Below, piece by piece: positions 9,165-18,269 of a DNA stretch of 64,000 nt (the stretch's first letter is position 1; every line of letters begins with the position of its first letter). Made by a program: the position numbers and the translations under genes. The stretch is from contig JBAXRS010000003.1 of the NCBI GenBank assembly GCA_037131085.1, positions 2,683 to 66,682 on the forward strand. The letters are read 5' to 3'. The DNA comes from Verrucomicrobiota bacterium (lineage in GTDB: Bacteria > Verrucomicrobiota > Verrucomicrobiia > Opitutales > UBA953). Below the pieces are notes generated by a model, which was not told where the DNA came from, made no database searches, and was given only the letters and a program-made list of their open reading frames with translations.

Positions 9165-10565
9165 ATGCCTTTTCCCATGAGGTTAACCCCAACCTTGCTG
9201 CTACTGGCGTATTCATGGACGTTCGGTGCCCGACCTAATGTCGTTTTAATCATGTCGGATGATATGGGATGGGCGGACCCGGGTTGCTACGGGTCCAAAC
9301 AGAACGTTACCCCTAACATCGATCGGTTGGCCCGAGAGGGACTGAGGTTCACGAGTTTTTATGCGACTCAAGCCGTCTGCACCTCTTCGCGTTGCGCCTT
9401 GATGACGGGGTGTTACCCGAACCGGCTGGGTTTGGGCGGTACGGCCTTGGGGCCGAATTCGAAGACGGGGCTAAACCCGAATGAACAAACCTTAGGCACA
9501 CTCCTTCAACAGGGCGGCTATCACACCGGCGTCGTCGGCAAGTGGCATTTAGGTGACCAAAAAATCTTCCTTCCGCCAGCCCATGGCTTTGATGAGTCGT
9601 TAATCATTCCTTATTCGAACGACATGTGGCCGCAGGGATATTTCCCCGGTGACATGAGTCGCCAGCAGAAATACCCCGAGCTCTATTGGTTCGTGAATGG
9701 GCAACGCTTCCACGCCGTCAATACCTTCGACGACATGGATACCCTCACGACGATGCAGGGCTTCCGGGCGACAAAGTTCATCCGGGATAACGCCGGGCGC
9801 GACAAACCCTTCTTCCTTTATCTCGCGACCTCGATGCCGCACACCCCTTTGGGGGCTTCCAAGGAATTCAAAGGCAAGGGCCCAACGCCTTACGCCGATA
9901 CCATGGCCGATATCGACCATACCATCGGAGCGGTGATGCGCGTGCTGAAAGAAAAAAAGATCGAGGACAATACCTTGTTGATCTTCACCAGTGACAATGG
10001 ACCTTGGCTCAACTTTGGCCGGCACGCCGGTTCGGCCGGTCATTTCCGCGAAGGGAAAGGTACGACTTTCGAAGGCGGCGTGAGAGTCCCTTGTATCGTA
10101 CGTTGGCCAGGTGTCATCAAGCCGGGCACCACCACCGACGCTTTAGCAGGCAATCTCGATTTCGTGCCCACCCTCGTCGAGGCCTGTGCCGTCGCGAAAC
10201 CCAAGTTGGCGATTGATGGGCAATCGTTCCTGGCCGTGCTGAAAGGTGAGGCCAAAGGCGTGCGCGAGGTCTTCGCCTATTTTTACGGCGATAAGCTGGA
10301 AGCGGTGCGTAAAGGTAAATGGAAGCTCCACCTTCCCCATACCTTCCGCAGTTATGAGAATATGATTCCGGCCGATCACGATGGCAGCCCCGCCCAGACG
10401 CATCAGGGTAAGATTGATTTCGCACTTTATAATCTGGAAACGGACGCCTCGGAAAAGATCGACGTCGCCGAAGGCCATCCAGATATCGTCAAGGAGCTGA
10501 AAGAGTTGGCCGAGTCCGAACGTCACAAGCTCGATGCGGGCAAGCGGCCCGTCGGTAAAATCTAA
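9165..10565 (+). CDS. Sulfatase (arylsulfatase A family) with a non-canonical C-T-S-S-R formylglycine motif
   Basis: VLIMSDDMGWADPG metal-binding start and AVCTSSRCALMTG at the FGly position. GKWHLG and FTSDNGP motifs are present, and there is a signal-like N-terminus. Confidence 0.9.
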   Translation: MPFPMRLTPTLLLLAYSWTFGARPNVVLIMSDDMGWADPGCYGSKQNVTPNIDRLAREGLRFTSFYATQAVCTSSRCALMTGCYPNRLGLGGTALGPNSKTGLNPNEQTLGTLLQQGGYHTGVVGKWHLGDQKIFLPPAHGFDESLIIPYSNDMWPQGYFPGDMSRQQKYPELYWFVNGQRFHAVNTFDDMDTLTTMQGFRATKFIRDNAGRDKPFFLYLATSMPHTPLGASKEFKGKGPTPYADTMADIDHTIGAVMRVLKEKKIEDNTLLIFTSDNGPWLNFGRHAGSAGHFREGKGTTFEGGVRVPCIVRWPGVIKPGTTTDALAGNLDFVPTLVEACAVAKPKLAIDGQSFLAVLKGEAKGVREVFAYFYGDKLEAVRKGKWKLHLPHTFRSYENMIPADHDGSPAQTHQGKIDFALYNLETDASEKIDVAEGHPDIVKELKELAESERHKLDAGKRPVGKI

Positions 10566-10569
10566 AACC

Positions 10570-11736
10570 TCAGACGACTCCGACGAGATCGAGGATGCGG
10601 TACGCCATAATACCGAAGCCTGCAATGGCTACACTTAGGCAGAGCGCCCGACGTAGCGGCAACTGCGGGATGGGCGTGCGGGCAATTAAGGTCAGGACAA
10701 ATGCAAGAGCCAGGATGACGGCGACTTGCGCCAGTTCGACCCCAAGATTGAAGCCGACGAGGATTTTAACGATGCTCGCGCGATCCCAATCCTTTAATCG
10801 GTCGGAAACCGCCGCCGCAAAACCTAAGCCGTGCACCAGCCCGAAGGTGGCGGGAATCAGCAACATCTGTCGATGGGAGGCCTTGCCGAGATAGGCCATC
10901 AGGCCGCCCAGCCCGATGGTCAGGGCGATGACAGGTTCAATCCACAGGCCGACCTGACCGAGATAGCCTAAGGCCACAGCCGCCAAGGTGATGCTATGTC
11001 CCAGGGTGAAAATGAGGGATCGACTCAGTGCCTGCCGGAGCGAGGCCGCGCCAAGAAACATCGCCATCATGAACAGGCAGTGATCCCACCCGTTCGGAAT
11101 CACATGGCCGAAGCCGTCGCCAAGCAATCCAACCAAGAAGGCTTTCACGTGAGCATACCATGGCAGGTCATTGACCTGACCGCTCTTTTCATCACCGATG
11201 ACGAAGTCGCCAGGCTCATGCGGAATCACTGCCATGACGACCTGGTATTCCATGCCGCGTCGAAGATTGGTAAAGACCGTGCCCAGTTCCGCCGGGAATA
11301 AGACCTCGACCTTAGTAGTGTCGGCGGGGATTTGTACTTCCGCCTTAACGTTCATCAGCACCGGGTAGCGATCGGCTTCGCCTTGGCGGGCGGATTGAGC
11401 TTTGATTTCGGTGGCCGACGGAAAAGTCGTAATCCTGACCGGCAAAACTTTCCCATCCGCCTTAATGACGAAACGTTCCTTGAACTGATTGGGGCGGAGA
11501 GCGTAGGCGGCGGGCAGCCGGCCTTCGTCAAACATCAGGTCGTCTAATTCCTGGACGGTCGCCTCTTTCGGTAACTTGCCGACAATAAAGGAGGGGATAT
11601 CGAACTTGATGGTGAAACTAAACTTATTCTGCTCATCAAGCACGCCGATACAGGAAGCTTCCTTCCATTCCGGGTGACCGAAACAGGCTGGAGCTACGAG
11701 CAGCCCTAAAGACAGGATAAAGAGGCGGAGAAGCAC
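10570..11736 (-). CDS. HupE/UreJ-family membrane protein with an N-terminal periplasmic domain
   Basis: Signal peptide, a soluble domain of about 190 aa, then a polytopic C-terminus with HVIPNGWDHCLFMMAMFLG, characteristic of the HupE/UreJ_2-type family. Confidence 0.65.
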   Translation of the reverse strand: MLLRLFILSLGLLVAPACFGHPEWKEASCIGVLDEQNKFSFTIKFDIPSFIVGKLPKEATVQELDDLMFDEGRLPAAYALRPNQFKERFVIKADGKVLPVRITTFPSATEIKAQSARQGEADRYPVLMNVKAEVQIPADTTKVEVLFPAELGTVFTNLRRGMEYQVVMAVIPHEPGDFVIGDEKSGQVNDLPWYAHVKAFLVGLLGDGFGHVIPNGWDHCLFMMAMFLGAASLRQALSRSLIFTLGHSITLAAVALGYLGQVGLWIEPVIALTIGLGGLMAYLGKASHRQMLLIPATFGLVHGLGFAAAVSDRLKDWDRASIVKILVGFNLGVELAQVAVILALAFVLTLIARTPIPQLPLRRALCLSVAIAGFGIMAYRILDLVGVV

Positions 11737-11786
11737 GAGCCAGATGGGTTATCTATCTGGTCGCCTAAATCCAACCCAAACTAGCC

Positions 11787-12506
11787 TTACTTGGCCGGCC
11801 GAGCCGGCGGGGTTTCAGCGGCCTCATTTGGACGGTCGCCCTTACGGGCCGGCCGCTTTTCTTCTTCATCAGAGGCTCCGGCGGTCCGCGTGTAAATGAC
11901 GCTCAGATCTGCCGCGCCTAAGATTTTACCTTTAACGGCGGCCAAAAGCACTTCCGCCGTGATGGGCTGGGCGGCGTTCTTTAAGTCTGGCTTCGCGGAT
12001 AAGGCGAAGAGCGTGAGAATATATTTTTTGGCACCCGGCCCTTTGGAATGGGGTGGGGCGTATTCGAGGCGATTATGGACGGTGCTCTTGCCCATGGTAC
12101 CGAAATCTTGCACGTTCTTGGCTACGGAACTAACCGTCGGTGCGATATCGTACATGAGCCAATAAATCTTGGTCTTATTTTCGGGATCAAGGTGATGCAT
12201 GATGAGCGCATAACTCTGGGTACCTTGGGGAGCGTTGGCCCAAGCGAGGGGAGGGCTGGCGCTTTCTCCGTCGCCCGTGTATTCTTTGGGTAGATCACCG
12301 CCATCTTTGACGGCGGGGCTGGTAAGGGTAAAATTTCCGACCGGCTTGCCGACGGGCTTAGCCGCGGTCACGAAATCGGCCCCAGCTGGCGCCTCCGCTT
12401 TCTTACCCTGACCTTTGCCCTTTTCGGATGGCCCAGCGGCTGACAGAGGATTCAAGAGGCATAGGATGCCAACGAGCAGGACGAGGTTACGGAGTGATGG
12501 TCGCAT
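11787..12506 (-). CDS. YbhB/YbcL (PEBP, Raf-kinase-inhibitor-like) family secreted protein
   Basis: Signal peptide MRPSLRNLVLLVGILCLLNPLSAAG. The PEBP core is FTLTSPAVKDGGDLPKEYTGDGESASPPLAWANAP...YALIMHHLD. Both ends are low-complexity and charged. Confidence 0.75.
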   Translation of the reverse strand: MRPSLRNLVLLVGILCLLNPLSAAGPSEKGKGQGKKAEAPAGADFVTAAKPVGKPVGNFTLTSPAVKDGGDLPKEYTGDGESASPPLAWANAPQGTQSYALIMHHLDPENKTKIYWLMYDIAPTVSSVAKNVQDFGTMGKSTVHNRLEYAPPHSKGPGAKKYILTLFALSAKPDLKNAAQPITAEVLLAAVKGKILGAADLSVIYTRTAGASDEEEKRPARKGDRPNEAAETPPARPAK

Positions 12507-12523
12507 TTGTTGAGGGTGTGATG

Positions 12524-12552
12524 ATTATAACAAAAAACAGGTTAAGATGAAA
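12524..12552 (-). promoter_or_regulatory. Weak sigma70-like promoter candidate upstream of the PEBP-like gene
   Basis: A perfect TATAAT on the minus strand (12529-12524) lies 17 nt before the ATG. The only -35 candidates at 16-17 nt spacing (TTCATC / TTTCAT) are poor. Confidence 0.25.
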
Positions 12553-12567
12553 TTAAGGGAGAGGGAT

Positions 12568-13887
12568 TTACTTGGTGGCACCCTTACCGCCCGTACCTTT
12601 GCCGCCGCCTTTTTTACCACCACCGGGTCCGCCCATTTGACGGTCAGGTGCGGCCGGCAGGCCTTTTTTAAGTTCATCTAATTTAGCGCCAAGTTTGGCG
12701 GCGAGCTCGGGTTGCTTCGCCCATTCGTCCTTGGTTTCAGATATATCGGTGGAAAGATTATAGAGGGAACGCTTACCGTCGCCAAACTCGATGAGCTTCC
12801 AATCGCCGTCGAATAAGGCGATATCATGAGAAGCAATCAGAAAGGATGTCCGCTCGATGGGCTTACCGGAACTGATCGCCTGCCACTGGCTGACGCCGTC
12901 TAATTTCGCATCGGGGCCCAGCGGTAAGCCGATGGCATGCAGTAAAGTAGGGTAGAGGTCATTCATGGCTACAGCGTGCTGGGTCGCAACACCTACGGGG
13001 GTATGGCCTGGCCAACGGACGATGGCCGGCGTGCGGATTCCTCCTTCGTAGATCGTCGCTTTGAAATTATTAAGCGGTAAATTGGAACCGCTTCGCTGGG
13101 GGGCTCCGTTATCCGAGCAAAAAATGACTAGGGTATTATTCCGGATGCCTTGTTCGTCCAAGGCCGCCAACACCCGACCGATGCCGATATCCAGACCCTC
13201 GACCACGGCGCCGTAGAGCCCATCTGACTTATGTTTTTCGATCAGCTCGGCTGGAGCAGCCAGATCAACGTGCGGCGCATTGAAAGCTACTTGGAGGAAG
13301 AACGGACGAGATTTATCGCGAGCTTTGATCTGTTTAACGGCGTCATCGGCAAAAAGGTACGTGGTGTAACCGACCTCCTCAATCTGCTTACCGTCACGCT
13401 GCCAGTCTGGCTTGCCCCGTTTATCAGTGTGTTTGAAGTAATCTAATTCGGCGCTCAAGAAGCCGTAAAAGTGATCGAAACCGTAGGTCGTCGGCGCGTT
13501 ATTATTTCCTAAATGCCATTTTCCGATGAGCGAGGTTTGGTAGCCTAGGCTTTTTAATTTAGCCGGAAGCGTGACGGCCGTCTTCGGAATACCCTGTTGG
13601 CCTGGCCCCATGACGTCGACGATACCGAAACGGCGTGGCATAATGCCGGAAAGTAGGGCGGCGCGCGCCGGGCTGCATACCGGGTAGGTGTAGAAGCGCT
13701 GGAGATCAAGGCCTTCTTTAGCCAGCTTGTTGATGACGGGCGTGACTCGCTTGGGGTTACGATAACCGACGTCATTCCAACCGAGGTCATCCGCCAGCAG
13801 AATGAGAATATTAGGTGCGTTCCGTTGGACTTGGGCCTGAGCGGCGACAAAGCAGCCCAGGCTTAAAAATATGAGGAGGTGGCGCAT
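12568..13887 (-). CDS. Sulfatase (arylsulfatase A family) with a canonical C-S-P-A-R motif
   Basis: ILILLADDLGWNDVG, PVCSPARAALLSG, GKWHLG and FCSDNGAP motifs, plus a signal peptide. It ends in the Gly/Lys tail GGPGGGKKGGGKGTGGKGATK. Confidence 0.9.
   Translation of the reverse strand: MRHLLIFLSLGCFVAAQAQVQRNAPNILILLADDLGWNDVGYRNPKRVTPVINKLAKEGLDLQRFYTYPVCSPARAALLSGIMPRRFGIVDVMGPGQQGIPKTAVTLPAKLKSLGYQTSLIGKWHLGNNNAPTTYGFDHFYGFLSAELDYFKHTDKRGKPDWQRDGKQIEEVGYTTYLFADDAVKQIKARDKSRPFFLQVAFNAPHVDLAAPAELIEKHKSDGLYGAVVEGLDIGIGRVLAALDEQGIRNNTLVIFCSDNGAPQRSGSNLPLNNFKATIYEGGIRTPAIVRWPGHTPVGVATQHAVAMNDLYPTLLHAIGLPLGPDAKLDGVSQWQAISSGKPIERTSFLIASHDIALFDGDWKLIEFGDGKRSLYNLSTDISETKDEWAKQPELAAKLGAKLDELKKGLPAAPDRQMGGPGGGKKGGGKGTGGKGATK
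12571..12633 (-). repeat. Low-complexity Gly/Lys-coding tract (C-terminal tail of the sulfatase)
   Basis: Direct translation gives GGPGGGKKGGGKGTGGKGATK. Confidence 0.7.
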
Positions 13888-13893
13888 CGCAGA

Positions 13894-14937
13894 TTATTTA
13901 CCGCCAGGAGGACCGCCTCCTGAGGGCGGACCTTTCTTGCCGTCACCCCCTTTGCCGCCTTTGCCCCCCTTGCCGCCGTCGCCGCCGGTCTTGGTAGCAT
14001 CACAGACTTCGACGTCGCCAAGTGAAGCCGTGCCCAAAGGACCTTTGAAACCGCCAAGGATGTAGGGCCAATCGTTGCTGACGTGATAATGGTAACCCAG
14101 ACTGTCGTGCTCGTGGCCATGGATAGCGTCTAAGCCCTTAGGGGCGGAACCATCGGGTTCGGTGGGCGCCCGAACTGGAAAACCGTCTAAAGCAAACCCG
14201 ACCACTTTGCCGGATTTATCATGATTCATGACGGAGGGGGCGCGGTGGTAATGGTATTCGTGTCCGAAGCCGGTGTGACCACCTTGAGGGTCAAGGGGCG
14301 CAATATTTTGAAAGGCGGTGATGCGATCAACGGGCTCGGGCGGGAAGAATCGCACGCCATTGACGCTGATGCCCAATCCGGAACGCGGGGAGAACTTAGC
14401 CTGTCGAAGCATGGTGACCTTAGCGGAAGGCTTCGGATTCTTAGGTAGGAAAAGCGTGACGATTTGTTCGCTGGGTTGCAGATCGATGACCGAGTTGATG
14501 ACGCCATCAGCCTTGGCTTGCTCAAACGTCCAGCCTGCGAGTTCCTGACGGGCAACCTTGTCAAACTCCGTCCGGTTTTTGGTCTTATGAACCGTGCCGT
14601 CCGCTTCGAACATATTCCAGCCGCGCGTATTCAAAAGCTTCAGGTAGGTCGCGTCGACGCGATAGAGTTTTTTGTCGACCGTGTCTTCCCAAAAGCCACC
14701 TTGGTCATTCAGGGTGTTGGGTGCCCACGGACCCATGGCGTGATCCCACGGGATTGAGCGCACCACGATTTTATAAACGGTTGCCTTCGAACCATCCGAG
14801 AGCGTGCCTTCGATTTCAGTGATGGGCTTAACCAGCGAACGCTTATCAAACATCGAGACCAAGTTGACGCCCGTCGCGCCTTCACACAGGGTGGTGATGG
14901 CTGCCATTAAAAAAAGTGAAGCGGTAAATAGTTTCAT
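13894..14937 (-). CDS. YHYH-domain secreted protein
   Basis: Signal peptide and two YHYH motifs (GHEYHYHRAP and LGYHYHVSNDWPY). It ends in the Gly/Lys tail GGDGGKGGKGGKGGDGKKGPPSGGGPPGGK. Confidence 0.75.
   Translation of the reverse strand: MKLFTASLFLMAAITTLCEGATGVNLVSMFDKRSLVKPITEIEGTLSDGSKATVYKIVVRSIPWDHAMGPWAPNTLNDQGGFWEDTVDKKLYRVDATYLKLLNTRGWNMFEADGTVHKTKNRTEFDKVARQELAGWTFEQAKADGVINSVIDLQPSEQIVTLFLPKNPKPSAKVTMLRQAKFSPRSGLGISVNGVRFFPPEPVDRITAFQNIAPLDPQGGHTGFGHEYHYHRAPSVMNHDKSGKVVGFALDGFPVRAPTEPDGSAPKGLDAIHGHEHDSLGYHYHVSNDWPYILGGFKGPLGTASLGDVEVCDATKTGGDGGKGGKGGKGGDGKKGPPSGGGPPGGK
13897..13995 (-). repeat. Low-complexity Gly/Lys-coding tract with imperfect 9-nt periodicity (C-terminal tail of the YHYH protein)
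   Basis: The plus strand reads ccctttgccgcctttgccccccttgccgcc, i.e. repeated GGK codon triplets on the minus strand. Confidence 0.7.
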
Positions 14938-15019
14938 AAGAATGGGGCGAGGTAAGGTTCATCAGTTTACCAGTTAGCAGATTAAGCGGGCATTAAGAGC
15001 CGCTCAAAGGGTGGACTGC

Positions 15020-15832
15020 TTATGGCACCTTGCGTTTCGTCCGCCGAAGCGTTGCGGGGTCATAGATGACCTTATCCATGAAAAGCCCGCGGGCAGGGGC
15101 TGTGGGGACTTCAGCCGTGATGATATGTTCCTCGCGATAGGCGGCCAACCGTTCGGGAGGCATCTTATGATCGCCAACGCGAAGTAGCCCGCCAACGAGT
15201 CGACGCACCATCTTATAAAGAAAACCGCTTCCTTCCGTAATGATGGTGATCCGGGGACCTTTGATCAGGACATCGAGCCGGCGCAGGTCTTTCACCGGAT
15301 TTTCCTTCTCCATGCATTGTCCGTGATTGGCCCCGAAGGCGATGAAGTTGTGTTTTCCGACCAGTAATTTAGCCGCCTTCCGCATGGCGGCGATATCCAT
15401 GATTTTCTTACCCGTACCGAGGGAATACCTTGCCTCCCAGGGTGGGGGATAACCATGACAGACTTCGTAGCGATAGCGTTTTCCGATGGCGGAATAACGG
15501 GCATGAAAGTCAGCAGGGACGCGCCGGAGTTGCGTGACCAAAAGACCCTTTTGGTCGCAGGAATTAATGGCGTGAACCAAGAGCTTCGGTGGGTGGGGCC
15601 AAAAGGCGTCGAAGTGAAAAGTCTGGCCGACGCTATGTACACCTGAATCCGTGCGACCGCTGCCATGAATTGTGATCGGCTTCTTCAGGATGCGTGAAAG
15701 CCGGCCCTCGAGTTCGCTTTGGATCGAGCCATGGCTGGTCTGGATCTGCCAACCAATATAATCCGTCCCGTCGTAAGCCACGGTGGCCAGAAAACGTTCA
15801 TCTTTTAGGACCGTCGGTTTTTTCTTAGCCAT
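15020..15832 (-). CDS. truA: tRNA pseudouridine(38-40) synthase TruA
   Basis: VAYDGTDYIGWQIQ and the catalytic GSGRTDSGVHSVGQ motif. 270 aa. Confidence 0.9.
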   Translation of the reverse strand: MAKKKPTVLKDERFLATVAYDGTDYIGWQIQTSHGSIQSELEGRLSRILKKPITIHGSGRTDSGVHSVGQTFHFDAFWPHPPKLLVHAINSCDQKGLLVTQLRRVPADFHARYSAIGKRYRYEVCHGYPPPWEARYSLGTGKKIMDIAAMRKAAKLLVGKHNFIAFGANHGQCMEKENPVKDLRRLDVLIKGPRITIITEGSGFLYKMVRRLVGGLLRVGDHKMPPERLAAYREEHIITAEVPTAPARGLFMDKVIYDPATLRRTKRKVP

Positions 15833-15836
15833 CGAA

Positions 15837-16283
15837 TCAGGCGAGGTTTGTTCCGATACCCCGACTATTCAGGTAGTCTTGCAACAGGACGATTGCGGCC
15901 CGGGAATCGCGCTCGCCAGAGCGGGCTTGGTCTTGCCGTTCTTGAGTCGAGCGTGGTTTACGGCCGCCCATTTCATCGGCAGCGAGGCTGGTCAAGGCCT
16001 CGTCGATTTTTTCGATGGGAAGCTGAAAACGGCGGGCAAGCTCGAGGGCGAAGGCATCCACTTCATCGCAACGCTTGGTCCGTTCGCCTTCCACGGATAG
16101 GGGGTAGCCTAGGACGATCTGGGTTACGCGAAGTCGGGAAATTTCGTGGGCGATTTGGTTGAACCTCTCAGCGAGTTCGGGAGCAGTCGCCGCTGGAAGG
16201 GCAAAGGCGAAGCCCAGTTCATCGGCATGGCTGAGCCCAATTCGCTTTGAACCATAATCAATGCCGAGGAAGACTTTTGCCAC
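15837..16283 (-). CDS. ruvX: Holliday junction resolvase-like / pre-16S rRNA nuclease RuvX (YqgF)
   Basis: FLGIDYGSKRIGLSHAD N-terminus, 148 aa. It ends 4 nt upstream of truA. Confidence 0.85.
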   Translation of the reverse strand: MAKVFLGIDYGSKRIGLSHADELGFAFALPAATAPELAERFNQIAHEISRLRVTQIVLGYPLSVEGERTKRCDEVDAFALELARRFQLPIEKIDEALTSLAADEMGGRKPRSTQERQDQARSGERDSRAAIVLLQDYLNSRGIGTNLA

Positions 16284-16381
16284 GACCCCACCGTGGAGAG
16301 GTTTAAAAATATTTCAATCCGACACCTTTGTTGCCTTGGGAGGAGTTTGACACCCTTGGCCAGGTGTCTTCCACTGCGTCA

Positions 16382-17527
16382 ATGGCAGCTTATGCACCTT
16401 TGAACGGCCACGAACGTGCCTTGTATGCCCGTCAGATAAGGCTTCCAGAAGTCGGGGAGGGTGGCCAAGTCAAAATCAGGGATACCAAGGTTCTCATTTT
16501 AGGCGCAGGCGGCCTGGGCTCTCCCGTCGCCCTCTATCTCGCCTCCGCCGGTGTGAGCACCATGGGCATCGCCGACCCTGACAAAGTAGAGCTTTCTAAT
16601 CTTCATCGCCAAATTATTCACGGCTTCGACACCTTAGGGCTACCCAAGACGATTTCCGCCGCTGAAGCACTGTTGGAAATAAATCCAGGCCTACAAGTCG
16701 CACTGCATCCCGAAGGCCTGACGCCCGAAAATGCCGAGAGTTTGATCGGGCGCTATGACATCGTGGTCGACGGGACAGATAATTTCGCAACCCGCTTTTT
16801 AGCCGCCGATACCTGTACCTTAGCCCAGAAGCCTCTGGTGCATGGCAGCGTTCTCCGCTCGGAGGGGCAGGTCGGGGTCTTTCTTCCCCAGGCCGGGTGC
16901 TATCGATGCGTCTATCCGGTCATGCCGGATGCATCAACGGTCCCAACATGCACTGTTGCCGGAGTCTTCGGAGCTACTTGCGGGGTCATTGGCTCATGGA
17001 TGGCCGCTGAAGTCTTGGCGATTATCCTTGGCCGCCATGCGGCTTCCCGGCTAATGGTTGTGGATATCTCTGCTGGCACCTCCAAGGTTTTAAAACTGGC
17101 CCGCGATACATCCTGTCCGGCTTGCGGTGACCAGCCTTCTATCCTTGGCATCGAAGCGTCGCGCTATGCGGCCACGGTTTGTCCGCCACCTCCTTCCATG
17201 TCCACCACTCCCTTAGAGATCAGCGTCGAACAAGCCGCCCAACTTTTAGCCAGCACTACGCCGCCGCTACTGATTGACGTGCGCGAACCGGACGAGGCTC
17301 GGATTTGTAATATTGCTGGAGCCCGACTCATTCCGATGGGAATGATCCCGGAGCGTTTAGCCGAAATCCCCCAAGACCGTCTCGTTTTGATTCACTGCCA
17401 TCATGGCGGACGGAGCCTGCGCGTTACCCAGTTTTTAAGGGCCAAAGGCTACGCCCAAGTCTCCAATGTACAGGGGGGGATTAACGCTTGGTCCCTGAAA
17501 ATCGATGCCACGGTGGCCCGCTACTAG
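16382..17527 (+). CDS. moeB: MoeB/ThiF-type adenylyltransferase with a C-terminal rhodanese domain
   Basis: RQIRLPEVGEGGQ...ILGAGGLGSPVALYLASAGV nucleotide-binding loop. CxxC pairs (CYRC, CPAC). The rhodanese end is HCHHGGRS. I preferred the ATG at 16382 over the TTG at 16328. Confidence 0.8.
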   Translation: MAAYAPLNGHERALYARQIRLPEVGEGGQVKIRDTKVLILGAGGLGSPVALYLASAGVSTMGIADPDKVELSNLHRQIIHGFDTLGLPKTISAAEALLEINPGLQVALHPEGLTPENAESLIGRYDIVVDGTDNFATRFLAADTCTLAQKPLVHGSVLRSEGQVGVFLPQAGCYRCVYPVMPDASTVPTCTVAGVFGATCGVIGSWMAAEVLAIILGRHAASRLMVVDISAGTSKVLKLARDTSCPACGDQPSILGIEASRYAATVCPPPPSMSTTPLEISVEQAAQLLASTTPPLLIDVREPDEARICNIAGARLIPMGMIPERLAEIPQDRLVLIHCHHGGRSLRVTQFLRAKGYAQVSNVQGGINAWSLKIDATVARY

Positions 17528-17579
17528 GCGAGTCAAGGCTTGCCGACCACGCACCGCCCTTCTTTATTCCTTCTTAACC

Positions 17580-18194
17580 ATGAAGCGCCTCTCTCTTCTC
17601 CTTGCTGCCTCCGCCCTCCTTGTGGGTTGCGGTCCCTCTCGCTTACCTTCCGATTTCAACCAAAACGGAGCAAGCAATGGCGCCGACAGTTTGGACCATC
17701 GTCCAGCTGGCTTTGATCGGATGGCCGATGCCATTCGCTCGGGTAACATTCCTCCCGACGCCATTTTGGCGACCGTCTACTTTGATTTCGATAAATACAC
17801 CGTCGAAGCCAAGGAACGCTCTAAGCTTGATGGCATTGCCGGCAAAGCCAAAGGAACCAAATTAATCATCGCTGGTTACACGGACCAATTCGGTACGGAA
17901 GAATATAACCTAGGGCTTTCAGACCGTCGCGCCCAATCCGCTCGCGATTACCTGACGAAGCTCGGCTCTAACCAAGCGAATATCGAAGTCATGGCCTTGG
18001 GCGAGCAGCAAGCCGACAAGAGCGCCGCCGGACGTCAATCGGGCTCCAAAGACCGTAAGGCCGTCATCGTGGATGTTAACTATTCTGGCGTCATCACCTC
18101 AGGCGCAGGGAAAGTCGCCCCGAGTTCTGCCGGTGCGTCGAAAGCACCTACCCCAGCAGGCGGCCCGACCCCAGCACCGGTCTCTGCCCTCTAA
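17580..18194 (+). CDS. OmpA-family lipoprotein (Pal-like peptidoglycan-associated protein)
   Basis: Lipobox LLVGC after MKRLSLLLAASA. OmpA-like motif GYTDQFGTEEYNLGLSDRRAQSARDYL. I chose the internal ATG at 17580. Confidence 0.8.
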   Translation: MKRLSLLLAASALLVGCGPSRLPSDFNQNGASNGADSLDHRPAGFDRMADAIRSGNIPPDAILATVYFDFDKYTVEAKERSKLDGIAGKAKGTKLIIAGYTDQFGTEEYNLGLSDRRAQSARDYLTKLGSNQANIEVMALGEQQADKSAAGRQSGSKDRKAVIVDVNYSGVITSGAGKVAPSSAGASKAPTPAGGPTPAPVSAL

Positions 18195-18220
18195 CCATAC
18201 CTGTCGAGTTAGTTAACATG

Positions 18221-18249
18221 AAAAAGGCCCGCTTCCTGCGGGCCTTTTT
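18221..18249. terminator. Bidirectional intrinsic terminator between convergent pal-like and dsbD-like genes
   Basis: aaaaaggcccgc-ttcct-gcgggccttttt: a GC-rich stem flanked by an A-run and a T-run, so it is usable on both strands. Confidence 0.75.
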
Positions 18250-18269
18250 ATTTCATGATCGCTCAGGTC

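Noticed and set aside
13871-14065. A proline-rich plus-strand ORF (…PPLPPLPPLPPSPP…).
   Set aside because: It is simply the reverse-complement reading of the Gly/Lys-coding tail of the YHYH gene. It has no independent support.
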